Below are positions 18,740 through 28,293 of a DNA stretch of 64,000 bases, in pieces; the stretch's first letter is position 1, and every line of letters starts with the position of its first letter. The stretch comes from Desulfobacula sp. Lineage in GTDB: Bacteria > Desulfobacterota > Desulfobacteria > Desulfobacterales > Desulfobacteraceae. The notes beneath the pieces are model-generated. The model did no database searches, was not told the DNA's origin, and was given only the letters and a program-made list of their open reading frames with translations. Both the position numbers and the translations under genes were made by a program. The stretch lies in assembly GCA_033852015.1 (NCBI GenBank), contig JAWSVH010000116.1, positions 2,356-66,355 of the forward strand. The letters are read 5' to 3'.

Positions 18740-19117
18740 ATGAAGTCAGCACAAATCAAACTATCCTTAAAAATCATTATCATGGCCCTGTTTTTAACTG
18801 CCACACTGGTCATTTCTGCAAATGCTTCAGATGCTGACATGACCGGGATATGGAACATGGATGTTACAACACCCAATGGAACCGGCACACCTGTCTTTAC
18901 CTTAAAACAAGAAGGACAGAAACTTTCCGGTACTTACAAAGGAAAATTTGGTGAAGCACCGGTTACAGGAATGGTAAAAGGAAATACATTTGAAATAAAT
19001 TATGATTCGTCTGGAGTACCCATCAAATACAGCGGTACTATTGACGGTAACAATGTCATGGGAGATGTGGATTTCTCATCATATGGAGGTGGCTCTTTTA
19101 CTGGGGAAAAAGAATAA
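18740..19117 (+). CDS. Small secreted hypothetical protein
   Basis: Signal peptide (IIIMALFLTATLVISANA-SD), GGAG RBS, beta-rich mature part, followed by a clean terminator. Confidence 0.65.
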   Translation: MKSAQIKLSLKIIIMALFLTATLVISANASDADMTGIWNMDVTTPNGTGTPVFTLKQEGQKLSGTYKGKFGEAPVTGMVKGNTFEINYDSSGVPIKYSGTIDGNNVMGDVDFSSYGGGSFTGEKE

Positions 19118-19144
19118 CATCACATATAAAACTATTTTTTAAAG

Positions 19145-19175
19145 GGCTGAAATCTAATAATTTCAGCCTTTTTTT
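19145..19175 (+). terminator. Rho-independent terminator
   Basis: GGCTGAAAT / ATTTCAGCC 9-bp stem, 6-nt loop, followed by 7 T. Confidence 0.75.
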
Positions 19176-19287
19176 ATGTCCACCGTCTCAAACCCTAAAT
19201 CCCCTATCAAATAATCACCACAGGGTGGTATCTTCACTTTTCATGTTTACCTTATATTTCATGACTACAAAATAAGGAGGCCTTTCT

Positions 19288-20739
19288 ATGACAATACGAA
19301 CTTCTGATGAATATAAACAAAGTCTTCGTGACGATCGAAAAGTGTATATCCGTGGAGAAAAGATTGATGATATCACCCAAAATCCAATCCTTGGAGTTTG
19401 CACAGATACGGTTGCAGCGGCATATGACCTAACCAACTCAAAAGATCCTGAAATAAAAGATCTTTTTGTTGCTCCCCATCCAGAAACCGGTGAACCGGTA
19501 AACCGCTTTTTTATAACCCCTAAAAATCGAGAAGATCTGGCGCTTAGAACAAAAATGATTGGCCGATCCATGGAACTAATAGGGGATCTGCCCTTTGGTC
19601 GTGATATTGGAACAGATTGCCTTAATGCCGCCATTGTTGTCGCCGGCAAAATGGGCAATACTCAATACTTAAAAAATGCTAAAAATTTTCTTGAGCATTT
19701 ACGGAAAAACGATTTATTTACGTGTGGCGCAGTCACCTGCGTAAAGGGCGATCGGTCCAAGGAACCTGCTCAGCAAAAACACCCGGACTATTATGTCCAT
19801 GTCGTAGGCTCCAATGAAGAGGGCATTATTGTCAAAGGAGCCAAGGCCCATATCACGAATGCACCCATGGCAAATGAAATCATTGTAATTCCCACAAGAC
19901 AAATGCGTGAGAATGAAGCAGAGTACGCCGTTGCCTTTGCCATCCCGTCAAATACCAAAGGCATCAGCTTTATCTGCCGCAGCGGCCGGGGCGCATGGTC
20001 TGAAAATGAATTTCACCCGGACAACCCCCTAAGAGAATTAACCGAGGCACTAATTATATTTGATAATGTTCTCGTACCATGGGACAGGGTTTTTATGAAT
20101 GGTGAATGGAAATATTCGATGCTTTTAGCCTATACTTTCGCTACCTTCCATCGGTTTACAGCCATCAGCTATAAATTATCTCTGGTAGAAGTTATGGCAG
20201 GCTGTGCTGTTGCCATGTCTAAATACAATGGTTTGGAAAAAGTGGGCCATATCCGGGGGAAACTTGCCGATATTGCAGCCTATGTAGAAACACTTCGGGC
20301 ACTAACCAATGCTGCAGCACAAGCCCCGGTTATGTATGGAGACATTGCAGTACCCAACCCTCTAATTGCCAACATGGCCAAACTGCATTTTTCCAGCAAG
20401 TATCATAATTTTATTCAACTCATCCAGGATATTGGTGGTGGAATCATTGGTACCGCACCAGATAAAAAAGATTGGGACCACCCGGATATTCATGAATATC
20501 TGGACCATTACCTAGGAGGCAGTGCAGAATACAGCACCCTTGAGCGCATGAAGATGATCCATGAAACCATGCGTCAGGTCTGCTCCCAGGAATCGGCTTT
20601 TCATGAGCTGATCACCGTACATGCAGAAGGTTCCATGGAAGCACAGAAAATGATGATTTTAAATGAATCACCTCTTGACCGGTATGAGAAATTGGCAAAG
20701 AGAAAAGCTGGAATCATACCCTGGGATGAGAGAATATAA
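19288..20739 (+). CDS. 4-hydroxybutyryl-CoA dehydratase / HpaB-family protein, divergent paralog lacking the Fe-S cluster cysteines
   Basis: Full-length similarity to the two other paralogs and to the AbfD layout (..IVKGAKAHITNA.., ..YAVAFAIPS..). Aligned cluster ligands are replaced: PFGRD instead of CFQRC, and FHRFTAISY instead of YHRQSYxxC. AGGAGG RBS. Confidence 0.85.
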   Translation: MTIRTSDEYKQSLRDDRKVYIRGEKIDDITQNPILGVCTDTVAAAYDLTNSKDPEIKDLFVAPHPETGEPVNRFFITPKNREDLALRTKMIGRSMELIGDLPFGRDIGTDCLNAAIVVAGKMGNTQYLKNAKNFLEHLRKNDLFTCGAVTCVKGDRSKEPAQQKHPDYYVHVVGSNEEGIIVKGAKAHITNAPMANEIIVIPTRQMRENEAEYAVAFAIPSNTKGISFICRSGRGAWSENEFHPDNPLRELTEALIIFDNVLVPWDRVFMNGEWKYSMLLAYTFATFHRFTAISYKLSLVEVMAGCAVAMSKYNGLEKVGHIRGKLADIAAYVETLRALTNAAAQAPVMYGDIAVPNPLIANMAKLHFSSKYHNFIQLIQDIGGGIIGTAPDKKDWDHPDIHEYLDHYLGGSAEYSTLERMKMIHETMRQVCSQESAFHELITVHAEGSMEAQKMMILNESPLDRYEKLAKRKAGIIPWDERI

Positions 20740-20760
20740 ATATTCTAAAATTTGATTAAT

Positions 20761-20806
20761 AAAAAAATCCCGATGAGCATTATAAAACAGCTCACCGGGA
20801 TTTTTT
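20761..20806. terminator. Bidirectional rho-independent terminator between convergent AbfD-family genes
   Basis: ATCCCGATGAGC / GCTCACCGGGAT 12-bp stem with one mismatch, flanked by an A-run upstream and a T-run downstream. Confidence 0.7.
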
Positions 20807-20852
20807 ATCGCTTATCTAAAATATCTATCTAAACTTTTGATAGATTCCTAAA

Positions 20853-22337
20853 CTATTTTTTCTTTTTCTTCTCGTCCAATTCCATACCAGCAATGTTCTT
20901 AACAATATCTTTACAACTATTAATATCATACTGACCATAGATAGCAATCTGCTCCATAATAGGAGATCCTCCACCGTGCATACTTCCGTAAGCGATTGCA
21001 CCGGTAATTCCGGAGTTAGTATAATCATGGAACAACATCCAGAATTTTTTCTGGTCTTCTACCGTCATCTCCTGGTTACGTGTAATATATTTTTCCAAAA
21101 GTTCTTTTGTTTCAGGATTTGCAAAGTCGCCTTCATGGGGAAAAGTTGATGGCATTCCACCCGCAATCTCACACAAGATCTGTTGTTCTTTAAATACAGA
21201 CTCACCTGTCAGGTAACGACCCACATTGGCATAGATTGAATCAGGGATCATAGAACCTGGTCCATAAGGCATCTTACCAACACCTGGAATATAAACCTTG
21301 GCTTCACCCTTTGCAGATGCAGTAAATCCTGCAGCATAACCAAGTTCTGCAATCGTAATTAATTCTGCGATCTTCTCTCGCACATGGGGTGCCTTATCGA
21401 TTCCGTTCACTTCTGCAGCAAGCGCTGAAAATCCAATCAACATATCACCAACAGCAGGTTTACATCCAGAATATGAGTGCCTGTGAAACAGTGCAAACAA
21501 CAGGGCACAAATACCACCATGCTGAGTCTCTCCACAAAGGAATACTCTTTCCCAGGGCACAAATACATCATCAAAAATTACGTAAGAATCAACAAAGCCA
21601 AAATCAAATCCACGGGGGGTATCGACTCTATTAGGCATGTTATGGGGAGAAAGCACCTGTTTAATCTGGGGATGATCCGCCTCAATGGCAAAAGCCACTG
21701 CATATTCAGACTCATCTTTTCCAAGGGCACGGGTCGGCAACACAAGAATCTCATCTGCAACAGAAGCAAATGTAATATGAACCTTACAACCTCGAACCAC
21801 TATGCCTTTATCATTTTTTTCTACCACTCGAAGATATTGATCAGGATCGGGTTGCTCTGCCGGACGTTTCATGCGAAGTCCTTTTACATCTGTCTGAGCA
21901 CAGGAACCCACCAGGTCCTCTTTCTGAAAATTTTCAAGCCATTTCAGAAAATTTTCATGATATTTGCTTTCACCTTTATTCATCTTATCGGCTTCAAAAG
22001 AAACTGAATTCAAAGCATTTAGCGCATCAACACCCATGCATCTTCCAATACACTGGCTTACTTTCTGGACATACATCCGGGTCATGTCCTGTTTTTTATG
22101 CAGATCATCTATGGTCTGGTGTACATGGTTGAATCTATTAATGGTATCGCCAGTGATATGACTGGTTGCAGTAGTAATATCCTGCACGTCTGAATCCTCG
22201 GCCAAATCAAAGCTGACGCCAATAACATTGGCAGCAGCAACGAGTGCTTTATGATCCCTGGGAACCTTTTCTCCATCAAGGTACAGATTACTATTCTTTG
22301 TTAACAAACTGTCTAAATATTGTTGTTTTGTACGCAT
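20853..22337 (-). CDS. 4-hydroxybutyryl-CoA dehydratase/vinylacetyl-CoA isomerase family protein (paralog 2, cluster ligands present)
   Basis: QCIGRCMGVDALNAL (C-x3-C) and FHRHSYSGCK (His + Cys) align with the AbfD [4Fe-4S] ligands. IVVRGCKVHIT and YAVAFAI blocks. AGGAGAAAG RBS. Confidence 0.88.
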   Translation of the reverse strand: MRTKQQYLDSLLTKNSNLYLDGEKVPRDHKALVAAANVIGVSFDLAEDSDVQDITTATSHITGDTINRFNHVHQTIDDLHKKQDMTRMYVQKVSQCIGRCMGVDALNALNSVSFEADKMNKGESKYHENFLKWLENFQKEDLVGSCAQTDVKGLRMKRPAEQPDPDQYLRVVEKNDKGIVVRGCKVHITFASVADEILVLPTRALGKDESEYAVAFAIEADHPQIKQVLSPHNMPNRVDTPRGFDFGFVDSYVIFDDVFVPWERVFLCGETQHGGICALLFALFHRHSYSGCKPAVGDMLIGFSALAAEVNGIDKAPHVREKIAELITIAELGYAAGFTASAKGEAKVYIPGVGKMPYGPGSMIPDSIYANVGRYLTGESVFKEQQILCEIAGGMPSTFPHEGDFANPETKELLEKYITRNQEMTVEDQKKFWMLFHDYTNSGITGAIAYGSMHGGGSPIMEQIAIYGQYDINSCKDIVKNIAGMELDEKKKKK

Positions 22338-22439
22338 TCACTTTCTCCTAATTAAAAAATTAAAACCGCTTTTTTTTAATGTTATATGTTTCATTAAGGC
22401 CCAATCAATTCATACAACATCGTTTTATATAATATCTTT

Positions 22440-23321
22440 TTATATTAAGGCTTGTCCTGTATCAGGATCATACCTGTAAAAACCCTCATTCGTTTTTCGT
22501 CCCAACTTTCCTTTGGCTACCATATCCTCGACCAACGTGCTCTCAGAAAAAAGATACGTCTCGTTCATAGATTTCATGGATCTATTAATTCGTCCCACTG
22601 TATCCAATCCTGCATTATCGACGATTTCAAAGGGTCCTTTATTCCATCCATATCCCAATCGCATACCCGCATCAATATCTTCAGGACTTGCAATACCCTT
22701 TGCAACCAGTTCCTGACATTCTCTGAAGGCGGCAGAAAAAACCCGATTCATGACAAAGCCTGGAATATCTTTTTGAACACCCACCGGATGTTTGCCTATG
22801 TTTTTGATAAATTCAATTCCAGAAGCATATACATCATCCGAGGTTTGCTCTCCTTTAACGACCTCTACAAGACCCATAAATGGCACTGGTCCAAAAAAGT
22901 GCAGTCCTACAAATCGCTCCGGTTTAGTTAAAAAAGAAGCCAGTTGACTCACCGGAATAGAAGAGGTGTTTGTGGCAATAATGGTCTCTTTCCCAACCTG
23001 TGGTTCCAGCTCTTCAAGCAAGCTTTTTTTCAAATCCAAATCTTCAAACACCGCTTCTACAACCAAAAACAAATTCGCACCTGTTTTAGCATCCACTTTT
23101 ATACCTTCAACAAGCTCAAGACGTTCGAGCACAACATCGACCGACTCCTTTATTTTACCTTTTTGATTCAACTTCTCTAAAGACCAGATGATATTTTTCT
23201 TTGCTCGTTCAAGCATTGTTTTTTCAACATCACTTAAAATTACTTGATAACCACATTGGATACATACCTGGGCAATACCCGAACCCATAAACCCAGCCCC
23301 AATTACCATTATTTTTTTCAT
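22440..23321 (-). CDS. 3-hydroxyacyl-CoA (3-hydroxybutyryl-CoA) dehydrogenase
   Basis: N-terminal Rossmann motif IMVIGAGFMGSGIAQV, then ..HFFGPVPFMGLVEVV.. and C-terminal ..GRKTNEGFYRY. Start overlaps the TetR stop by 4 nt. Confidence 0.9.
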   Translation of the reverse strand: MKKIMVIGAGFMGSGIAQVCIQCGYQVILSDVEKTMLERAKKNIIWSLEKLNQKGKIKESVDVVLERLELVEGIKVDAKTGANLFLVVEAVFEDLDLKKSLLEELEPQVGKETIIATNTSSIPVSQLASFLTKPERFVGLHFFGPVPFMGLVEVVKGEQTSDDVYASGIEFIKNIGKHPVGVQKDIPGFVMNRVFSAAFRECQELVAKGIASPEDIDAGMRLGYGWNKGPFEIVDNAGLDTVGRINRSMKSMNETYLFSESTLVEDMVAKGKLGRKTNEGFYRYDPDTGQALI

Positions 23322-24034
23322 AAAGCCTCTCCCTGGGGTATAAGTTCACTATTTTCAACACCCAAATAATTTTCCATGAATTCAATAACAAAATCAGCAT
23401 ATTCATCGACAGAGACACCCCTGGATCTAAATTTTGATCGTTTTAAATACCAATTGGCAAACAAGGCTTTTACGACTTCCGCTGTAAGCGTGATATTTCG
23501 TTCAACGAACAACTCCTGGTCCTGTCCTTCTTCTAATATAGATTCTAAAAGTGTTTCTGTGGCAAGGTCCCCTTCGATGGCTTTCTTTCTTTCTTTTAAA
23601 TTTAAATTCTTAGCTTCCATAAAAGAGAAATAAAACCAAGGCTGCATGAGTTCACTCGAAAAAACATGGGCTTGAACCAAAGCTCTTAACTGATCCACAG
23701 GATTATCCTGTTCATTAATCTCATGGTTAATAATACGACCAACCACCTCTCTGAACTGATATTGCAGCATACTCAAAAGGTCGTCTTTACTGCTAAAATA
23801 CGCATAAAGTGCCCCAAGACTGATGCCGGTTTCCTGTCGCAAATCCCGCATACTCATTACTTGAAAGCCTTTTTTATTACTTATTTTCAAGGCCGCTTTA
23901 AAAATTATGTCCAGATTCTTCATGACAGTTTTTTCTTTTTTAATTCGAATACTACCGCGATTTTCTGCAATAGTTTCTAAAAAAATCTCCTGCTCTACAA
24001 CCACCATCATTTTTTTAAATTGCTTGTAATCCAT
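23318..24034 (-). CDS. TetR/AcrR-family transcriptional regulator (TetR-1)
   Basis: HTH region KGFQVMSMRDLRQETGISLGALYAYFSSKDDLL. Clear paralog of the 28294..28974 regulator. First gene of a tetR-hbd-abfD unit. Confidence 0.88.
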   Translation of the reverse strand: MDYKQFKKMMVVVEQEIFLETIAENRGSIRIKKEKTVMKNLDIIFKAALKISNKKGFQVMSMRDLRQETGISLGALYAYFSSKDDLLSMLQYQFREVVGRIINHEINEQDNPVDQLRALVQAHVFSSELMQPWFYFSFMEAKNLNLKERKKAIEGDLATETLLESILEEGQDQELFVERNITLTAEVVKALFANWYLKRSKFRSRGVSVDEYADFVIEFMENYLGVENSELIPQGEAL

Positions 24035-24122
24035 AGTTTAAGCCGATCAATCGTTTTTAATAAAATTAAAAGATATGAGTGATGTATTCATGGCTATAAA
24101 ATTACACGAACAAATTAAGCCT

Positions 24123-24162
24123 GTCAACAAAAAAAATAACGTACGTTCGTTTTTTATTGATC
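24123..24162 (-). promoter_or_regulatory. Copy b of the conserved palindromic promoter/operator element (upstream of TetR-1)
   Basis: Gene-direction GATCAATAAAAAACGAACGTACGTTATTTTTTTTGTTGAC, then A (TTGACA), 17 nt, TAATTT. Confidence 0.55.
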
Positions 24163-24231
24163 GAAACAAATAGGCTATCGATCATCATATTGGGGTATTA
24201 GAAAACAAAAGAACAAGGTGGGAGAAATAAA

Positions 24232-24271
24232 AATCCCCCGGGCGATTAAACAAGTTTAACGCCCGGGGGAT
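24232..24271 (-). terminator. Rho-independent terminator after the crotonase gene
   Basis: AATCCCCCGGGCG / CGCCCGGGGGATT 13-bp GC-rich stem, followed on the minus strand by TTTTTATTT. Confidence 0.8.
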
Positions 24272-24296
24272 TAAAAGATACCAGTATATTTACTAC

Positions 24297-25076
24297 TTAT
24301 TTACCAGTAAATTTGGCTTTACGTTTTTGAAGAAATGCTGCCATTCCTTCCTTTTGATCTGCAGTTCCAAACAGCATACCGAACAAATCCTGTTCGATAC
24401 AGATGCCATCTTTCAAGGAGACATTCAACCCCTTTCGCATGGCAGTCTTAACTGCACGAAGTGCAATCGGTGGTCTTGCCATAAGTTGATTGGCAAATTT
24501 AACGACGGCATCTTTAAGCTCTTCCTGAGGAACAACGCGATTCAAAATCCCTACTTGATGAGCTCTCTCAGCTTTCATCATGCCACCCAGCATAAGCATT
24601 TCTGCAGCAATGGAATAGTTGATCAAACGTGGTAGTCTCTGGGTTCCGCCGCCACCAGGAATAATCCCCAGTGTGATTTCAGGCAAACCGACAACCACGT
24701 TATCTGCAGCAATTCTAAAATCACAGCAAAGAGCGGTCTCAAGACCGCCACCAAGGGCATATCCAGACATCATAGCGATGGTTGGCTTTCCAAGATCAGC
24801 AAGACGCTCGGTAACCGGTATGATTTCATCTGAAAACTTATATGCATCTGCAATATCACCAGTGGACATCTGTTCAATGTCTGCACCTGCCGCAAATACT
24901 TTGTCACCACCGGTAATAACCAGCACACGGACCTCATCGTCACCCGCAACTTCATCTACCACTCTTCCAATATCACCAAATACATCTGAGTTCAATGCAT
25001 TCAGTTTAGTCGGACGGTTAAGCTGGGCCCATGCAATGCCATCTTCTTTAGTGTAAATTATAGTTTTAAGATTCAT
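24297..25076 (-). CDS. Enoyl-CoA hydratase (crotonase family)
   Basis: ..VLVITGGDKVFAAGADI.., ..GYALGGGLETALCCDFRIA.. and the C-terminal ..EGMAAFLQKRKAKFTGK are typical crotonase motifs. AGGAGA RBS. Confidence 0.92.
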   Translation of the reverse strand: MNLKTIIYTKEDGIAWAQLNRPTKLNALNSDVFGDIGRVVDEVAGDDEVRVLVITGGDKVFAAGADIEQMSTGDIADAYKFSDEIIPVTERLADLGKPTIAMMSGYALGGGLETALCCDFRIAADNVVVGLPEITLGIIPGGGGTQRLPRLINYSIAAEMLMLGGMMKAERAHQVGILNRVVPQEELKDAVVKFANQLMARPPIALRAVKTAMRKGLNVSLKDGICIEQDLFGMLFGTADQKEGMAAFLQKRKAKFTGK

Positions 25077-25097
25077 TAAAAATCTCCTTTTAGAATC

Positions 25098-25970
25098 TTA
25101 TTTTTTGCTATAGTCGTACCAGCCTTTTCCTGTTTTCTGACCATATTCGCCGTTTGTGTATTTTTCAACGACACAAGGGCTTGGACAATCAATTGGATCA
25201 CCACTTTCTCTGAAAGCTTCCATTCCCATAATGTAAGCAAGATCGATACCTGTCAGATCCATGAGAGTGAAGGGACCCATTGGGTGTCCTGCGCCAAATA
25301 CACATGCCTTATCAATATCTTCAACAGATGCAACACCCATATCCAATATCCATTGTGCTTCTTTTCCAATCACTTTGAAGATCCGGTTCAACAAGAAACC
25401 TGGCACTTCTTTTTTAACGTGAACGGGTACTTTGCCCAGTTTTTTACAAAGATCCATGGAGATCTGTGCAGTTTCATCAGAAACATGCGGTCCCTGAACA
25501 ACTTCAACAAGCTTCATAACCAGTGCAGGATTGAAAAAATGAAGGTTACATACTTTATCTGGACGATTGGTAACATCCGCAATTTTTGAAGACACGATAA
25601 AAGAGCTGTTGGTAGCAAGAATAGCATGTTTAGGAGCAAATTTATCCAGATCAGCAAACAGCTGACGTTTAATATGCATAACTTCAATGGCAGCTTCAAT
25701 AACGTAATCTGCTTCTTTTACACACTCTTCCAGATTATTGGTAAAGCTAATACGGCCACGGACTGCCTTAGCTTCGTCTTCAGTCATTTTGCCTTTAGCA
25801 ACACGACCGGGAAGATATTTATCAACAAATGCATCAGCTTTGTCCAGCATGTCCTGACTGATGTCAGAACATTTGACATTATAACCGATAATTGCACAGT
25901 GAAGGCTGATCTGATGACCCATGTTGCCAGCACCGATGATAGAAATATTTTTGATATCATCAATATTCAT
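25098..25970 (-). CDS. 3-hydroxyacyl-CoA dehydrogenase (second paralog)
   Basis: ISIIGAGNMGHQISL Rossmann motif, HFFNPALVMKLVEVV, C-terminal GQKTGKGWYDY. AAGGAGAA RBS. Confidence 0.92.
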   Translation of the reverse strand: MNIDDIKNISIIGAGNMGHQISLHCAIIGYNVKCSDISQDMLDKADAFVDKYLPGRVAKGKMTEDEAKAVRGRISFTNNLEECVKEADYVIEAAIEVMHIKRQLFADLDKFAPKHAILATNSSFIVSSKIADVTNRPDKVCNLHFFNPALVMKLVEVVQGPHVSDETAQISMDLCKKLGKVPVHVKKEVPGFLLNRIFKVIGKEAQWILDMGVASVEDIDKACVFGAGHPMGPFTLMDLTGIDLAYIMGMEAFRESGDPIDCPSPCVVEKYTNGEYGQKTGKGWYDYSKK

Positions 25971-25996
25971 TTTTCTTTTCTCCTTAATTATTAAAT

Positions 25997-27202
25997 TTAA
26001 CGCTGAAGGTTCTCAATAACAGTGGCAACACCCAGTCCACCACCACAGCAGGAACCGAACACGCCATAACGACCGCCTTTACGGATCATATCACGCATGG
26101 TGAACATGCAAAGCCTTGCTCCGGAAGCACCATTGGGATGACCAAATGAAATCGCTCCACCCATTGGATTCCATTTTTCCATATCCACTTTTTCGCCAGT
26201 GATTTTTTCCATTTCTTTAATAACAGCAAGGTTCTGTACAGCGAATGCTTCGTTACATTCCATCGTATCCATATCAGACAATTTAAGTCCAGCACGTTCA
26301 ATGGCCTGGGGCATTGCAACGGCAGGTCCGATACCCATAATTTTGGGATCACATCCACAATCTGCACCGGACAACCATTTAGCCATTGGAGTATATCCCA
26401 GCTCTTTGGCTTTGTCCGCACTCATCATCAAAACAAATGCAGCACCATCATTCTGACCAGAAGCATTACCAGCAGTTACAGTACCGTCTTTTTTAAATAC
26501 CGGTCGAAGTTTCGCAAGACCTTCAAGAGTAGTCTGGGCACGAGGATGCTCATCCACATCAAATACAACTTCAGGAGTTCTTTTGGTAGCAGGGGTAACC
26601 ACAGGAATAATTTCATCATCAAAGTATCCAGCATCTTGAGCTGCTTTTGCTCTCATCTGGCTGTTATATGCAAACTGATCCTGATCTTCTCTGGAAATAT
26701 CATATTGTACCTGCAGATTTTCAGCAGTAAAACCCATTCCGATCTGTTCAGCAGGAACCGGAGAGTTCTGTTGCATAATAGGCATTGGGGGAATCAATTT
26801 GTGAGCTGGAGTTGATGAAGGAAACTTAAACGCCATCTGGCTGTAAGATTCCATACCACCGGCAATAACAATATCCGCCTGGTTAGCAAGAATCTTCCAA
26901 GCTGCATGGTTGATCGCATCAATCGCGCTACCACACTGCATTTCAACATAAGATGCAGATGTAGTCTGTGGCAAATCTGTACATAACATAGCATGACGTG
27001 CAGGATTCAGCGCAGAAGAACACCCCGTTGCAGAACCCAAAAACACACTATCGACATGTGCTTTTTCATGAATTTTTGTTTTGTCCAAAAGACCCTGAAT
27101 ACCGATACCGCCAAGTTTTGATGCAAAAAGATCCTTCAAAGAACCGCCCATACGTCCAAACGGTGTTCTAGCACCATCAATAAATACTACTTCTCTACTC
27201 AT
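25997..27202 (-). CDS. Acetyl-CoA C-acetyltransferase / thiolase
   Basis: EVVFIDGARTPFGR N-terminus, ..NEAFAVQ.., ..GGAISFGHPNGASGARL.. and CCGGGLGVA C-terminal thiolase signatures. AAGGAGAA RBS. Confidence 0.93.
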   Translation of the reverse strand: MSREVVFIDGARTPFGRMGGSLKDLFASKLGGIGIQGLLDKTKIHEKAHVDSVFLGSATGCSSALNPARHAMLCTDLPQTTSASYVEMQCGSAIDAINHAAWKILANQADIVIAGGMESYSQMAFKFPSSTPAHKLIPPMPIMQQNSPVPAEQIGMGFTAENLQVQYDISREDQDQFAYNSQMRAKAAQDAGYFDDEIIPVVTPATKRTPEVVFDVDEHPRAQTTLEGLAKLRPVFKKDGTVTAGNASGQNDGAAFVLMMSADKAKELGYTPMAKWLSGADCGCDPKIMGIGPAVAMPQAIERAGLKLSDMDTMECNEAFAVQNLAVIKEMEKITGEKVDMEKWNPMGGAISFGHPNGASGARLCMFTMRDMIRKGGRYGVFGSCCGGGLGVATVIENLQR

Positions 27203-27410
27203 ATTAATTTCTCCTTAATTAAACAATTATGTTTCTTAAGATTAAAGCCGCACCCCACATAGTAATCTTCCCTTAGGAGCTGGCACACTATATTCAAAAA
27301 ATACTATTTTGAAATCGATTACTTCATGAGATATAAACTCTTATTATACCAAACATATAGCCTTTGTATCAATATCAAAAACATTTAAATTACATGATCA
27401 TATATTTCCT

Positions 27411-27449
27411 GTCAATTATAAAATAACGTACGTTCGTTTTTTAATTGAC
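27411..27449 (-). promoter_or_regulatory. Copy c of the conserved palindromic promoter/operator element (upstream of the thiolase-hbd-crotonase operon)
   Basis: Gene-direction GTCAATTAAAAAACGAACGTACGTTATTTTATAATTGAC, then A (TTGACA), 17 nt, TAATTT. GTCAAT/ATTGAC outer arms. Confidence 0.55.
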
Positions 27450-27484
27450 GACAAAATCCTATTCAGCTTCTATGGCAAATTCAT

Positions 27485-28246
27485 TTATGCCAACGCACCG
27501 CCATCACAGGTCAAACAAATCCCAGTCGTAAAGCTTGAAGCATCCGAAGCCAAATAAAGAGCGGCTCCTGACATTTCATCCGGAACGGCATGTCGGCCTA
27601 AAGGAATACTTTTATAGACTTCGTTTACCAGGTCATCATTTTCCATTAACGCTGCAGAAAACTTTGTTTTTGTAAGTCCCGGCAAAAGTGCATTCACACG
27701 AATATTTTTTAATCCCAACTCTTTTGCAAGACCCTTTGTCATCGAAATCATTGCTGCTTTAGTAATCGAGTAGACGCCCTGCATGGGAGCCGGACGTTTA
27801 CCATTAATGGAACTGACATTGATCACAGATGCTTTTCCTGATGCTGCGAGCAATTCAATGGACCGTTGGATCAGAAAAAATGGCCCTTTAAGATTTACAG
27901 AAAATGTTTTATCCCATCGACCTTCATCAATTCCATCCATATTGCCAAAATAGGGATTTGTTGCAGCATTGTTCACGATAATATCAAGCTTACCAAATTT
28001 CTCTTTAACATAAGAAACAAGACCGTCAATCTGTTCAATGTCGCCCACATTACAGGCAAAGGCATCTGCACTTCCACCCGCCTTTTTAATATCTGCCACC
28101 ACACCTTCTAAACCATCAATTTTTCTACTAACCAGAATACAGTGCGCTCCATTTTGTGCATATGTATGGGCAATGGCCTCACCAATTCCACGGCTTGCAC
28201 CGGTTATAACGGCTACTCTTCCTTTTAAAGAAAACATATTTTCCAT
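27485..28246 (-). CDS. SDR-family oxidoreductase (3-oxoacyl reductase-like)
   Basis: VAVITGASRGIGEAIA (TGxxxGxG), NNAA, and the catalytic YSITKAA (YxxxK). Confidence 0.9.
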   Translation of the reverse strand: MENMFSLKGRVAVITGASRGIGEAIAHTYAQNGAHCILVSRKIDGLEGVVADIKKAGGSADAFACNVGDIEQIDGLVSYVKEKFGKLDIIVNNAATNPYFGNMDGIDEGRWDKTFSVNLKGPFFLIQRSIELLAASGKASVINVSSINGKRPAPMQGVYSITKAAMISMTKGLAKELGLKNIRVNALLPGLTKTKFSAALMENDDLVNEVYKSIPLGRHAVPDEMSGAALYLASDASSFTTGICLTCDGGALA

Positions 28247-28293
28247 TTTTCTATCCTTCTTTCTATATTTCTATTTTTTTAAATTCACACTTT

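Noticed and set aside
21477-22007. 176-aa plus-strand ORF, with similar antisense ORFs at 24619-25056, 33575-34061 and 34568-35350
   Set aside because: All lie antisense within strongly supported enzyme genes (AbfD, crotonase, ACAD, AbfD). Their composition is typical of shadow ORFs.
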